64,000 nucleotides of DNA from Dudresnaya verticillata (lineage: Eukaryota). A program made the position numbers and the translations under genes. Position 1 is the stretch's first letter, and each line of letters starts with the position of its first letter. The stretch lies in the NCBI GenBank assembly GCA_977862235.1, contig OZ374565.1:1612001-1676000 (forward strand), read 5' to 3'. The notes under the pieces are model-generated. The model had not been told where the DNA came from. It did no database searches and was given only the letters and a program-made list of their open reading frames with translations. Below, piece after piece: positions 1 to 12,170 of the stretch.

Positions 1-330
1 TCCTCCCGTTTAAAAGCCCGAACGCGGTCGCTCAGTGCTGGTTCCTGGCAAGGATCTGGAAAGCCGTCGCGTTGATGCCTTGTCCGTATAGCCGAGACGT
101 AATGGTCGATGGATCGGGAATGCACTCTCCCTTCTTCGAAAAGGAATCCGACATACGCCAGGACAGACCCTTTGCCCGCGGGCAGTGCCATGAGGTCTTC
201 CTGCGCACAGAACGTGGCGAACTTCTTACACCGGCTTGACTTCGAAGCCCCTGTCGTGGAAGCGAGTGCAGAAGAAGCTAGTCTTCGGCTTGCGCGCCCA
301 GCCGAAGTTCTAGGGAGCTGAGTCTCGATG
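1..330 (-). pseudogene. DIRS tyrosine recombinase, N-terminal core-binding region (truncated by window edge)
   Basis: Manual translation KKFATFCAQEDLMALPAGKGSVLAYVGFLFEEGRVHSRSIDHYVSAIRTRHQRDGFPDP has the typical F..FC...P.......Y...L......SI..Y.SAI...H...G..DP pattern. It lies directly after the MT domain. Confidence 0.75.
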
Positions 331-600
331 GCAGCTTGGACCGCCGCTTGTGCCGGGGTCCCACTTCGGCCAGCTCGAGTGCCCAAGCCGGATTCACGGA
401 TACGGAGTCGAAGAGAGCGCCCTCTGTCGATGGGACCACACGTGACGATAGGCAAACGCGACGCAACAAATTGTACCAGCTGGCTCCCGTCCAGTGCGGA
501 ACCACCACCACGCCGTGAGCTCGCTCTTTCTCGATCTTGAGGAGTGTCGTTGCTATCCACTGGGGGGAGAATTCCAGAGTCTGCTCTGGCCGTCTCCCCA
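278..600 (-). pseudogene. DIRS Dam-like methyltransferase domain, degenerate
   Basis: RLWNSPP ... KIEKERAHGVVVVPHWTGASWYNLL matches the NPP...K......LV.P.W....W pattern of the DIRS MT domain. The frame is disrupted near 553-575. Confidence 0.7.
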
Positions 601-1307
601 GAACTCTCTCAGTTGCGCCTTAATTACCTTGGCTCGAGCCGCCGGGGCGTCCCCCAGAGGCCAATAACGCCGCACCCGCTGAAGCTGCAAGGAGTCCTGC
701 AACAATTGCCTCAGTGAAGGAGTCGCTTTCAGGTCCTTCGGATTCCAGGTACGGCTGAGGCGATCCGCATGCTTGTTGACCGCGGAAGGAAGCCATACGG
801 CGCGTAGGGTGACTTTCATCTCCACTAAGACTTGGTGAAGGGCGCGTCGCTCGTCCATCAGCTCCGGGGTACTGGATACCATGTTGTTGATAATGTAAAA
901 TACGCTCATGTTGTCCACATGTAGAATCAGCCTCTCGTGGGTACCAGAGACTCGAGCATGGACTAGATCGGACTGCAATGAGAGTCGGACGGCTAAAACC
1001 TCGCGGTGAGTAATGGATTTGAGACGCAAGAACGGAGACCATATACCTTGAACTTCCACGTCTCCGGGAGAGCCAGCAGCCATATTCCGCCCCAGCGTTC
1101 CTCCAAAACCGACATCTGCAGCGTCCGTGTGCAGGTTCCAATGTGGGTTGCCGCCACCTATCAATCTGCCATCCCCCTGTAGCATATGTCGCCAAGCCTT
1201 GAGATCTCGAAGGCCCGCATTTGAAAGGCGCACACATAGTGTGGAGCCGGATCCCCAGACGCCTTTGGATGGGTGTCTCAATAATCCCAGTCGGTTGAAC
1301 AGGACGT
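553..1307 (-). pseudogene. DIRS RNase H (with RT tail; apparent internal deletion between RT and RNase H)
   Basis: RNase H catalytic motifs HTDAADVGFGG, ITHRE, HVDN and NKHADRLSR are present. Confidence 0.85.
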
Positions 1308-2171
1308 AACACTAATTTCGCCGGCTACAGAATTTCCAAAACAGAACAGAATTTTTTGAGGGTCCTTGAATCCCGGCGTTTGAGAGCGCGTTGGAAGGGG
1401 GGCGCTACCCTGAGAATAGTGGTGCAAACAGATTGGAGCAAACGCAAATAGTTTCGGAGTTATGCGCTCCGGCATATGGCCCCCCCCGGGGTCGAAAGTT
1501 CCCGAAAGTTGTGATTTTTCCGAAAAGTTCCAATAAAAAATTCTCCAGAAATTGATTCTGGCCCGTCCCGCCGCCCGCGCCCCCGCCCCCCGACCGCACA
1601 CCGCATTCTGGCGACTTCCCGCCGCATTCTGACGCGCTCGGACTTGGCTTCCCACCGCATTCCGACGCGCGCTCGGCCACCTCCCCACGTACGACAGCCA
1701 CTCCCACCATCACCCTTCCTGGTGCTGCTACTGGCCCACGCATTCCGCATTCTGGCGCGTGCGCACGCGCTCTGCTTCTGCGTTGCGCGTAATGAGGCGC
1801 GCTTCCCCACCCCCTCCCAGACCCGTAGTGCCGCTCCCCGCCCCAGTCCGGCCTGTGACCGCACTCTGTCTCACGCTCCCTGCCGTTCACCGACACCTCG
1901 CCGTCACCCTTCCCCGTTCACCGCGCCCGGCCGCATTCTCACACGTCCACATCACGTTGCCGCATTCTGACCCACGGTCAGCCCCGCCCAGCAGTCCCCC
2001 GACACGCCTCCCTCACCACTACCCCGTGCGGCACAGCCACCCGCATTCTCACCCGTGCTCACAACTGGGCCCACTACCCGCCCGACCTGGTACACTACCA
2101 GGTAGCTAAGCCGCTTGCGCACCCGCGGTTCAGACTTAGCTTGTGGCGTAGACGGGCGCTACAGGCGTCGA
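1308..2171 (+). repeat. Left long terminal inverted repeat (~860 bp) with CCGCATTC subrepeats
   Basis: Reverse-complement similarity to 23946-25081 is followable up to ACAGGCGTCGA at 2171. Confidence 0.9.
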
Positions 2172-2241
2172 ATGGCCCTGCATTTCTCGTGTGCTGCATC
2201 AACCTGAGAGTATACTTTACTGGTTGTAGCTGTTTCTCGTA

Positions 2242-5200
2242 TCAAGAGCCGGCATACCTAACTAACAACGGCGATTCTCTGATTCTCTTCTGGACGAGCT
2301 GCGGTACACGTCTCTTCGTAAGAGCTTCGAATTCGACCATTACGGTCGCGACGCCGACAGTACCAGTCCATGGCTGCTTAGTCGCTGAGAATATGGATGC
2401 CTTGTCCTTTCCGTCCCAAGCACCCTTACCGTCATAAGCCTCGTACCATCTTATATACAGCTCAGTAGCCTTTCCCGTAGCGTCTTGCACAACATCTAGA
2501 ATCTGTCCAATCCAAAATGGGCATCGTGCGGTGGCGTTCTCCCTCACAACGGCAACGAAGTAGTTCTTCGTGTACTGCAGGTCTGAAGAGGGGGTCACAG
2601 TCTCCTCCTCACCGTCATCCCCTTCCGGTACGTACTCCAGCGCCGCTCTTCCGCTGTACTTTCCCCTTGTCTCAAATATGCGTCCCATATCCCAATGAAA
2701 CGTTTCCAGCCTATCTCTGTACACGTGGCCCCGCAATTCCTGCAGCTCCCTCATCTTTCCCGTGTCATTCACACGTGTCTCTTCAGAACGAAACCTGTCG
2801 TTGACTTCCTTCAAATCTGGCGGCGATTTGACCACTGTTGCTGGAGTCTTGCCTATAGTATCTCTACCGGCACCACCGAATGCGGCGCCGGGATGAGACC
2901 CCAAAGGACCAGGAAGATCGGTCGGATTTCGTAGAAAACGGCCGAACGTAGAACGGACCTGCGCGCCGGTAGCAAGCCAGGTAGAGCGGGAGCGCGCAGA
3001 CGAAGTCGCGGCCAAAATCCTGGATGAGCAGTGGAAAATGGCCGAGCTGGGGAAAGGTTGCAAAACTTTACTCCCAACCTCTGGCGGGACGGCTTCGTAC
3101 CTATTCTGGCCGAGCCGTGGTCTGTGGCCGTCTAAGTAGGCCCAAAATCGGCCACTAGAGCTAATCTAGATCTATTCTACAGTTAGTGGCAGAGGTTACT
3201 CCCCGTCGGCCATAATATCTACTTGTGTTCCGGTGTCGGGCCAATATTGTACCCTTACCAGACTAAACCAAGTACTTGTTCGTTAGTGGTTGGCCAAATG
3301 AGTTAGATTTTCCCTTGATTTTTCTGCTGTCTTCTGCTTGATTTCATGCGCGGCCAAATCCAATTTCCTTTCCGCACTTGCTTCCAGATCCGATCGCACC
3401 GATCATACGTGTACAGCGAGCCACGTGGTGCGCTTAGGTGTCGTCGGTGGCCACGTGTGACACACGTGTACACTTGTTGGACACGTGTGCCCCTTGCGCA
3501 GTGTTCACCGTCGTCCGCTCGGCCGCACTCTCGTCGGTTGGCCAAACGTATCTTTCTGATTGGGCTGACTGTCCCACTTGGCCCGGCCGGTTACGCCCGT
3601 TTTGGAGGCCCCTTGGCGTTGCACCACATTGCCAAGGTCAGGAGGGGATAGTATGAACTCCTTATGCTCTCCTCCTGTCTGCAACGGAACCCAGTCATCC
3701 GCGCATGTCATTCTCAATTGACAGCCTGTCACGAAAGCTGCAACAGATTCTGCCTCTTCCGTCGCAGCTGGACCCACACGGTGAAATCTGAAATAGCGAT
3801 AGGTCGTGAATGCCTCGTGAATGCCTCAACATTACCAATGCATCCTTCCTGTCGGCACAGGCCTGAGAAATTCACAATTTGAAGCATGCGACTGACAACT
3901 GGTTCTGGACTGTACGACTGCCGAAGCTCTTCCATCAATTCAGTCATTGTGACTGCGTCCCGAACTTTAAGCCGGCGTGCCGTGCAGGAAAAGGCCTGAT
4001 CTATATCTGTGTGAGTGTGCCCGACGGGCAGGAAAGACACGAAGACCCCTTGGAACACACCCCATGCAACGAGACTCTCCAGGTATGAGAACAAAAAGGT
4101 ATTTTTGTTCTCTCTCGAACAGTTGTCGACTTGTAGAAATAAAGTCCCTTGTAGCTCTCCTCTGGACTGCTTGTCCGAAAGTGTTCTGTGCAACGCCTCG
4201 ATAATGTGGTTCGCGCCGGTCTCGAACTCACCGGTCATTGTGTACAAGTGCAGACGCTTCTCAGCCCTGTGTTCAAGCACCCCAATAAGTTTCGCTTTCA
4301 TGGCATGCCCAATGCTGGCTTTGGACGACACCACAAAATGGGGAAGTCCAAATGCGGACTGATCAGCACCATCCACTATGAGGGAGCAATACTCTTGCGG
4401 CGATAGTATCGCCTTCTCACATTTTTCTGATATTCACGTCTCTCTGCCTGTATGAATTTCAAGTGAATGTTGCGCCGCTCATGCAGGTGTTCAGTGCCTG
4501 CTCCAGAGGTCCCTGCCTGAGCAAGTCGCTCGCGAATGAGTTCGCATTCGCTGCACTTTGCAAATCGGTGTGTCTTTCGCACCTTAATGCGGGAGCAACT
4601 GTGTTTCCATACAAAGTAAAAGTAACTCTGACACGGAATTTCCCTGTTTCTGTACATCCTGGTGTGGTCCAATTTGAATATGTCATACACAACTGATTTC
4701 TGAAAGTAGGGGAAGTGTGACTCCCCGTTATCGGGCATTGGTTCAGCAGTGCTGTCTGCAAGACGTTCAAGGAAGCAAATGATAGCATCCTGCTGATGGG
4801 ATGAGGTATCACGCCTCGCATTGTTTGGGAGCTGCAGCTTCCGGGACTGCTTCGTGCCTTTTACAGAGGTCTGTAAGTCACGGGAGAATCCAAAGGCCTG
4901 CTCCAGAAAGTTGTAACAGACAAGCAGGCGGTTGAAAAAGTATTTCATCTTTCTCGTGTCCAACAGATTGCGAAGATACGTTCGCCTTGCTTCTACGTTC
5001 ATTCCGGCAATTCTGCGCGCCTCCGCCTTTAAGTACACTTGCTCCACACTTTGGAAGCATTTGTTCCCGATGCAGCATCTCATTGACTGCGTGTTTGCGG
5101 CTTCCAGATCTTTGAAGAGGTTCTTACGTCTCTTCTGAAGACTTCCTCTCCCACTGAATGCCTGCTGCTTTCTCTTCCTGTAAGTATACTTTCGCTTCGT

Positions 5201-6018
5201 CCTGACCTGCACCTTCTGAAAAGGGTCATACGCATCGTCATCACTTTCCGACACGTGTCGTACGGCGTCCGCATCATCATGGCTGGCCTCCCTCAAATGT
5301 TCTCGCGGTTCACTCAATTCCTCACTGCTCGGAGCATTGCCAGGCGGGGGTGTTGTTCGAATTGACCGCGCTGCGGCATCCGCTTGCGGCCCCGCACTTT
5401 GTTGGAGGGGTGATGCTGGCCTTGTTGTTTCAACTGGTGTCATCTGCTGGCTCGATGCGGTAGGGGCCACCGCTGCCGAATTGTGTTCTGCAGTTGACGT
5501 CGGGGGCCAATTGCTCAGTATTGGGTAAATTCTGCGACGAACTATGCCCTGTCGTGGAGAGTACAACCGTCTCTGGCACAACGGCGCGATTTCTCGATTG
5601 CCGAGATCCTGAATGTAGTTCACATCCCATGCATGAAAACCCCCACCCATCTCCCCAAGTGTGTGCGGAACTGAGTCCGTTGTCTTGTACTTGTATTTGT
5701 ACTGAAGTTTCTCATACGGTTGCATGATTTGTGCTCGGTAAACCACAACCAGCTTCTCCCCTTTTTTCTGACTGGGAGACAATTTGTGGCCATGCAGGGT
5801 GACACAATACTGCCAGACTGGTCTGCGTCCTCTTTTGTCCCCGGTCTCTTGACAATAGCAGTGCCGACCATTTCCCTGTCATACAGAAGAGCAACACGCC
5901 CTTCGTCGCGCGCGTTGCCTCCTCCTTTCTTTGCTTCATTTTCTCGCTCAGCGCAATCCGTAGTTGCCGGGCTCATTTCCATGTCGTTCAAAATGTCCTT
6001 CCGCGACGGTATCTGCAC
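2242..6018 (-). pseudogene. Sola-like/DUF7869-type transposase, disrupted by frameshifts and a solo LTR
   Basis: Putative DDD triad IVDGADQ, QVDNCSRENKN and VGHTHTDIDQAFS, with upstream Cys/His motifs (CCIGNKC, FAKCSEC, H..H). Lesions: frameshifts near 5800 and 4424 (A-run), an 11-bp duplication CGTGAATGCCT near 3805-3826, and the insertion at 2854-3628. Confidence 0.85.
2854..3628. mobile_element. Solo LTR (775 bp) inserted in the transposase
   Basis: 5-bp TSD TTGCC at 2849-2853 and 3629-3633; ends TATAGT...CACCACA. Removal restores SPPDLGKTPATVV in the transposase frame. Confidence 0.85.
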
Positions 6019-6531
6019 ACAGCTTGTGAGAGTGCCACTCGTTCTGTCTTCCCTTCACGCTCTAAGCAGAGCACCCACTTTGCAGTCTGTTAAGGCACCT
6101 GGACGACATGGTGGGGAGGTGCAGCACTTCACAGCAAAACGCGTGCGCATTAAATACCCTCTGTGATACCGCGGCGCGCCGCCTGTTGCCTGCTCTTGAG
6201 GCTTCACACCCGTGGAGCGGCACGAGTGGCTGCAAGGGGGGCATCTGGGTTATTCTGCAACCCAGATTCTGTTTGTGATCAGATTCTGGTTCTGCACTTG
6301 GCCAGTTACATTTCAGGACAACTCTCCGCATGCCTGCGGAGCCACACAAGCTGCAGCTTCTGGGAGGCGGACACATAAAGCTGACGGTCACCCTGGGGTG
6401 ACCTGGCAGCTGCAGTGCTCCGACATCACGAGTTGATATCGTTTTCACACGCTTCCAAGGAAGTCGCGGCACAGCACGAATGGCATTTCTGCTGCTCCAG
6501 TTGTCTCAGTAGCTTAAGGTTCTGCAGTAGC

Positions 6532-7260
6532 ATGATGGTTTCGGGATCAGCGAAGCAGACGACAGGGCTCAGGACAAAGACGATGGACATGTGGCGCCAG
6601 AAGAGTGGCGTCGGAAACTTCATCAAATCAATGAACCTGATCATCAAGGAACGCCTGAACACAAAGTGTTTTGTTACAACGGAGATATTTGAGGTTAACG
6701 GGCAGTTAGAAGAATTGTATCCAGAGCGAATATTATCCTTCAAGAGGACATGCCATGATCGAGATGGTCAATATGAGAGGATAGGTGCAGTCAAGGCAGA
6801 GCTAGCAGGACAGGACTTCGGGGTATAAGTATTGGTGTCACTCACGACAGGACGGTGTGTTCCTCATCACGCGCTGCATATGCAGCTGACAAAGGGCGAT
6901 CCAGGAGGAAAGAAATGGTGGATTTGTTGCCCGCATGGGAAGAGGATGAATGGAACGCGTAATCTGAGCTCGCTCTCAGTAGATGTGGAAGGTGGCGAAG
7001 CAATGCGTGAGGCACAGAAATGGAACACCCCGAAGGTCGGGCTCAAGGGCACAGCGACAGCAACCACGAAAGTGTCTGGTGATGTAGATACGACTGTGAC
7101 TATTCCCGAGGGCTCCGTGACGGGACTGTTGGAGCATCATGGACCTGAGCCGCGGCGCCCCGCGGGGCTCCAGTGGACGTGCGGGACCCCTTCTCTTGGC
7201 ATTAATTTGTTATCCGAGTTCAGGACATCAAGACGTAGTGTCCACGTAGTTGTTTTGTGA
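6532..7260 (+). pseudogene. Possible cargo gene of unknown function with one in-frame stop
   Basis: ORFs 6415-6828 and 6832-7260 are in the same frame, separated by one TAA. The composition is protein-like but I recognise no domain. Confidence 0.35.
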
Positions 7261-7824
7261 GTAAAAACCGCTTGAGGGGAGCTACTGTTGACTAACAAAG
7301 GTCGGGCACTTGTGACACTGTACAAGCCGCGAGAAAGAGGCAACACAGCCATCCCGGCTCGCCGGGCTTGTGAGCCTTCACGATGAGGCCGTTGCATGTA
7401 CCCAACTCGTGGAGGGCATTAATGGAGCAGGAAAAGTCCTGGCTTAAGGGGTGGGGCAGTGGTTGTGGTGTGGGCAGGTGGGTGGAGAGTAGAGAAAGCG
7501 GAAGGCGAGCGGCGTGCGAGCGGGGCTTTATACCGGCGGGTGGGATGCGGGTGGTGGCGTTAGGAAGCAGGCGGGCGGGTATTGCCGGGTGGCGGGCAGT
7601 GCGGCGTGTGTGGTGGCGGACGGGAGTTGGGGCCATGGCGGCGGGGGTGGCTGTTTGTGAATCAAAAGGGCGGAGCAGTGGCAGACGTGATGCGTGGCTG
7701 ATGACTGACGGTTTGTCGATGGCGGCGGTGATGCGTACGTGCGTGTGCGTGTGTAGGTGTGTGGGCGTATGCCCTTCACGTGGGGCGCGTTGGGGCGCCA
7801 ACCTCCCCCCTCGTCCAGTTCGCT

Positions 7825-7873
7825 AAGTGTTGATGCGTAGGCATCAACACTTGATGCGTAGGCATCAACACTT
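7825..7873. repeat. Perfect 12-bp hairpin with a 21-bp tandem duplication
   Basis: AAGTGTTGATGC-GTAG-GCATCAACACTT, with TTGATGCGTAGGCATCAACAC present twice. Confidence 0.85.
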
Positions 7874-8887
7874 GGGGAGCTCCCCGTTAGAAGTTTGTAA
7901 GCCCAAAACGGTTTTTGGACATGGTCGTGCGATAATGTCGGAGCCGTCACCATACGGAGGTCACCAAACCACATGAACAACGGCTAATTACGATTGCAAG
8001 CGCATGGCTACTGCCCATGAGGCGGAGATCCTGATTCTTGTGCATCATCTAACTATAATGCCTGCCTTATTCTTTTTTTCGAGAGATGACAACGCACGTG
8101 TCTATTAACTGTAGGTATAGTAAGCGTCTGTAGAACACCTGGATTTGTGTTTGTGCTTCCTCTCCCACACGAACTTGTGGCTTCTCTCTCATGCGAATAC
8201 GCACGAGACGAACCAGAGTGCAAACATGCCTATTCGTTCCAGAAACTTGTGACGTGGGACGGTTGAAGTGGAGCGAGGAGCAAGTGCTCTCCGCAGTGGT
8301 ATTGTAAACTGAAGTTAACCTTCATAAATGAAAACGCAATTTCATGACTGAGCCACATACTTTGAACTGACTGCAGATACTGGTTGCGAACTTTGTGCGA
8401 GTGCTATTGCTCAGAGGGAAAGAATAGCGAGATTGACCTGTTGGCATCACCTTGTAAGGCAATGGTTCAATGCCGGTCCCTGGTGCAGTCTGGAGCTTAT
8501 TGAACGAGAATGAGCCATCAAGGATTCAAGCCATCAAGAAGGATTCAGCGTGTCAGTACGAACAAAGCGAGTCTCGAGAAAAGAACAATAAAGTGCACCG
8601 GCACTGCAGGGCCTACAGATCATCTCTAGAAGTGTCGCTGCCAGCTGTATTGCGATCGCCAACAGTCATGAGGTTCTCCTCGTGGTCACCTAATGCATGA
8701 AGACAGATAAAGACCGCCGCGCTTGGCACATACCCACTTCGCAAGATCTTCCTCATGAATTGTGCGTCCCTCTCGACGGTGCATGTACAAGCGGTCGACC
8801 AGCTCCCTCTCGATGACGTCCAGCACGTCGGCACAGGCCAGGGAAATGGTTTTTGCACTCGCGCTTGCACTCTAGACTGCTGACTGC

Positions 8888-9538
8888 TGTGGTGAAGTGA
8901 GATTCGGCATCCGAAACGGTGGAAATGCATATAGTGTGGCCTGAACCGTTGTGGGATTTTTGCACGTGTATCCGTGTCCGTTTTGGGTGCATTGTTGTGT
9001 GCTGGCGTACATTGCTGTGTAGCAGTGGAGCGCACCAACCGAAGCGGAGTATTTGTAGTATTTATTCTTTATTTTTAGTGAGTATCTGTACAGTGTGTAG
9101 AGTAGTGCGCCAGCCAATGAGAATGCTGCGCATGTCCGTGTTGGAGATTGGGACCAGCAGGGCCGATTCCACCATGGGTCCAGACCACTAGGGTCTGGAC
9201 CTCACGGACCAGACCGCTCGGTGCCACCCTGACTTGTATATCAGGGCGGCACCGCAGCGGCTCCTATGGTAAACGGGTAAGCAACCTTAGCCCAATCCTT
9301 TACGGTTTTCCCCGCGCCGAGCCCGTTGCGGTCTACCACCACCACCGTTACGGAGTCCGTTCCGGCACTTGTACCACCCCCTTGTCTGTTGCTTCCCAAT
9401 ATCCGTCTCGGTTAGCCGCTCGCTGTTCTCCCGTCTCGGTGCGAACTGCTCTACCACCCCGTAGAGGTAGTGTTGCTCTCGTCCGTTAAGGAAAGTCAGG
9501 CCAGCTGTCCGTCTCGGAGTTCGTGGGTTTTCACTACA
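8888..9538 (+). repeat. 5' LTR
   Basis: Direct repeat of 17401-18051; about six substitutions seen by eye (~99% identical). Confidence 0.95.
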
Positions 9539-9548
9539 CCACATCTTT

Positions 9549-9561
9549 TGGTCTCCCGAGC
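9549..9561 (+). other. Putative primer-binding site
   Basis: TGGTCTCCCGAGC lies 10 nt after the LTR. The TGG start is complementary to tRNA CCA, and the motif resembles the complement of a tRNA-Tyr-type 3' end (GGGAGACCA). Confidence 0.45.
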
Positions 9562-9691
9562 TAGAACACCGTCACGGTTGGAAGAAACAGCCGTCGAACT
9601 CCGCTACGGTAGGAATTCGGCTGTACCGCCAACCCGTTACGGAATATTGGATAGACAAGCAAGAACAACCGTTGTGTTCCGTTAAGGTATC

Positions 9692-12170
9692 ATGCAGAAC
9701 GAAGAACACGCAGACCCTCCCGTTACGGAACCTAAAGCGGGTGACACTACCCCCGCTGCGCGCAGTTTGCGCAGTGAAGGAGGTGAAATCCGTTCCGGAG
9801 TGGAGAACCCAGAAGACATCCTAAAGGGTGCTGCTGGTAAGGCTCCCCGGTCCCATGTCGGATCAGACGCCTCGAAGACAGCAGCTCCGCAACCCAAGCC
9901 GGAATCCCATCGGGTCCACTGGGTCCTGTCGGAGGTCCTTTCTAGGGCGTTAGAGCATCTCCGATTGGAAGTACAACCTGGAATGGTAAAAGAGGTGGAG
10001 ATATCCCTCTCGGGAACTGTTCCGTCTTTGGTTAATTCCTATCTGGAGCAGCACCTTCCTCGGATAGTGCAAGCTTTGATCCTACAGGAAAAGGTGGCCG
10101 CCGAGCTCGAGAGCCAGATTGCTCCCGGCATGGCAAGGCCTCCCGCTACGGAAGCTTTTACTGAGCAACCACCGTTACGGAATGACTTCCCGGTCGAGGG
10201 AAGAACGCAGCAGCCGCAACAATCCCCCGTTATGGGATTACAGCCGGGCACAGTACCCTCTGGGCCACTGCCACCGGCTCCCGTAACGGGTTCTCAACAT
10301 CAACAAGCCCCTACGGGACCAACACACACTCAGCCACCGTTACGGTATTCTCCTGGACACGTAGATGTGCCTACGCCAAGGCGCTATCAGCAAGAGCGCT
10401 ATACCGTTCCGGCTCGATCAGGTGGAGGCAGCGACCATCTCAGCGATGCGTCCAGCTCACCCCATCCGAGTCGGAGGACCGGTCGAGGTCGGCATAAACG
10501 AGATGCCCGACACTCCCGCTCTGACCCTCCCCGTCGGTCGCACATGGGCGACCACACCCAGCGACGACGCCGCCAATCCGGTACGGAATCCAATGAGAGC
10601 AGCTCAGAATATCCAACACCGCCGTCGCAAGAGGAGAAACAGAAGATCGCGGAAACGCGAAAAATGGCATGACTCCTCTACCTCTACGGATTCAGACTCA
10701 GAGAGTTCTTCCGTAACGGATAGAGAGAATAGGCACCGCGCCAGAAAACACGGTGCCAAATCCGGAAAGGTTAAGGTAATCCGGCCACTACATGACAAGT
10801 TTGTCAAGTCGCTGGACTACCGCACCTACCGATTGGATAAGAGGAGTAAGACCTACGGCTCCAAGTTCTCACAGAACATGAGCCGTATACGGAAGAAACT
10901 CGACGTCCAAATGTCGTCCCATACATTCTATGGGACGGACCCTATTACCGTCTTGGGATTTCTCGCTAAGTTCCGTGACGGTTGTAACATCAACGGCATC
11001 GCCGAAGGGGTTGCCGTCTGGTGCTTCCAGTTTTTCCTTAAAGGACATGCCGAAGCCCTTCTACAGGCTAGGCTTGCTGGAGGTACCATGGCGGTTGACG
11101 TGGAGCAGTCCGAGATGCTCCGCACATATCCCGAGGTGGTGAACTTTTTATTGAGAACCTACGCTACGGATGAAGTGCTTGCTGAAGCCTATACGGATGT
11201 CAGCAACTTCAGGCAAACATCCGCCATGACGGAAGAGCAGTTCTCGAACCAGCTCTGGGCCAAGGCTCTCCGTTGCGGTACAGTATTTTCCGATCGGGCA
11301 TTGAAGTCACTGTTCGTTGAAGGACTCCTACCGGGTACTCGTCAACAGATGAGAAATTATCTAGCGACGCATTCCCAGTTGGATTACCAGGCCATCACTC
11401 GCTATGCGACTGGCCTGGGTCAGTCCCATCGGGCAGCTCGACGCCAAACCGTTCCGGCTCACGTCTTTGATGGGCACACTAAAGCGCGCCCGTCTAAGGT
11501 GTTGTCGCTGGATTCCGTATCGGATGTATACTATGAGCCGCAAGGGAATCTTTCCGCTACGGATAATCAAGTGCTAGCCGTCGAGGGAGGCCACGGTGCC
11601 GCTACGGGTACGAGCACGGGGGTTACCTTTTCTACCACGTACTCCTCGCCCCCGCAAAGCGTCCACCCTACTCCGCCCAGGATGCCTCGCGCGCAAGGTC
11701 CCCCCTATGGTGGATCTCGCCCGGCTCCTGGCCCCCAACAGCAGCCGGGTCACCGTTACGGAAATAATGCCCACGATGGGCGAGGACAGCAGCAACAAGC
11801 ACCTCCGCTACGGGATGAGTCGGATCCTCGGGTCCGACGCCTTTACGGAAGTGGTAACTGTCGCATCTGCCTTTCGTCAGAGCACGTTGTTTGCCTATGG
11901 ATACAAGACTCCGATCGGGTTAGGCTTATGGAAGAGCGCGAGCGCAACTTCCAGAAGCACTACCCTGTAGGTCGCAGGTTCGTAGTAGGAACCAGTTCGA
12001 ATCCGCAAGGGAATCGGGGCAGACCGCAAACGCCCCCTCCCCAACGGAATGCCCCGATACTATCGGTGGAGGACCATGACGGAGTGGAACTCGCAGAATT
12101 GCGCGAGCCCATGGAGGCGGATCCGACTGGTGCAACCTTGAATTCGGAAAACTCAAGGGGGGATGCGTAA
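9692..12170 (+). pseudogene. gag: Gypsy gag (frameshifted near 10610-10670)
   Basis: Capsid-like region (FYGTDPITVLGFLAKF, FRQTSAMTEEQF, FVEGLLP), degenerate knuckle CRICLSSEHVVC and the SEN end motif. It is spread over two overlapping ORFs, 9692-10672 and 10365-12170. Confidence 0.8.

Larger units (their letters stand above)
1..1307 (-). mobile_element. DIRS-like tyrosine-recombinase retrotransposon, 3' part (end of RT, RNase H, MT domain, start of YR); continues beyond window start
   Basis: Minus-strand domain order is RT end (VLFNRLGLLRHPSKG), RNase H, Dam-like MT, then the YR N-terminal region. It joins in frame to the RT at 25082+ when the 1308-25081 insert is removed. Confidence 0.85.

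Noticed and set aside
1310..1314. CACTA pentamer near the terminus suggesting an En/Spm (CACTA) element
   Set aside because: The flanking trinucleotides (TAA vs TTA) are not a direct duplication. The empty site only rebuilds with ends at or outside 1308/25081, and the transposase is not TnpD-like.
1278..2109. Many overlapping ORFs in the TIRs (also 24066-25159)
   Set aside because: These are GC-rich repeat-derived frames with low-complexity translations.
2854..3063. N-terminal part of ORF 2242-3063 as a separate gene start
   Set aside because: It is read-through from the solo LTR; the true frame continues upstream at 3629.
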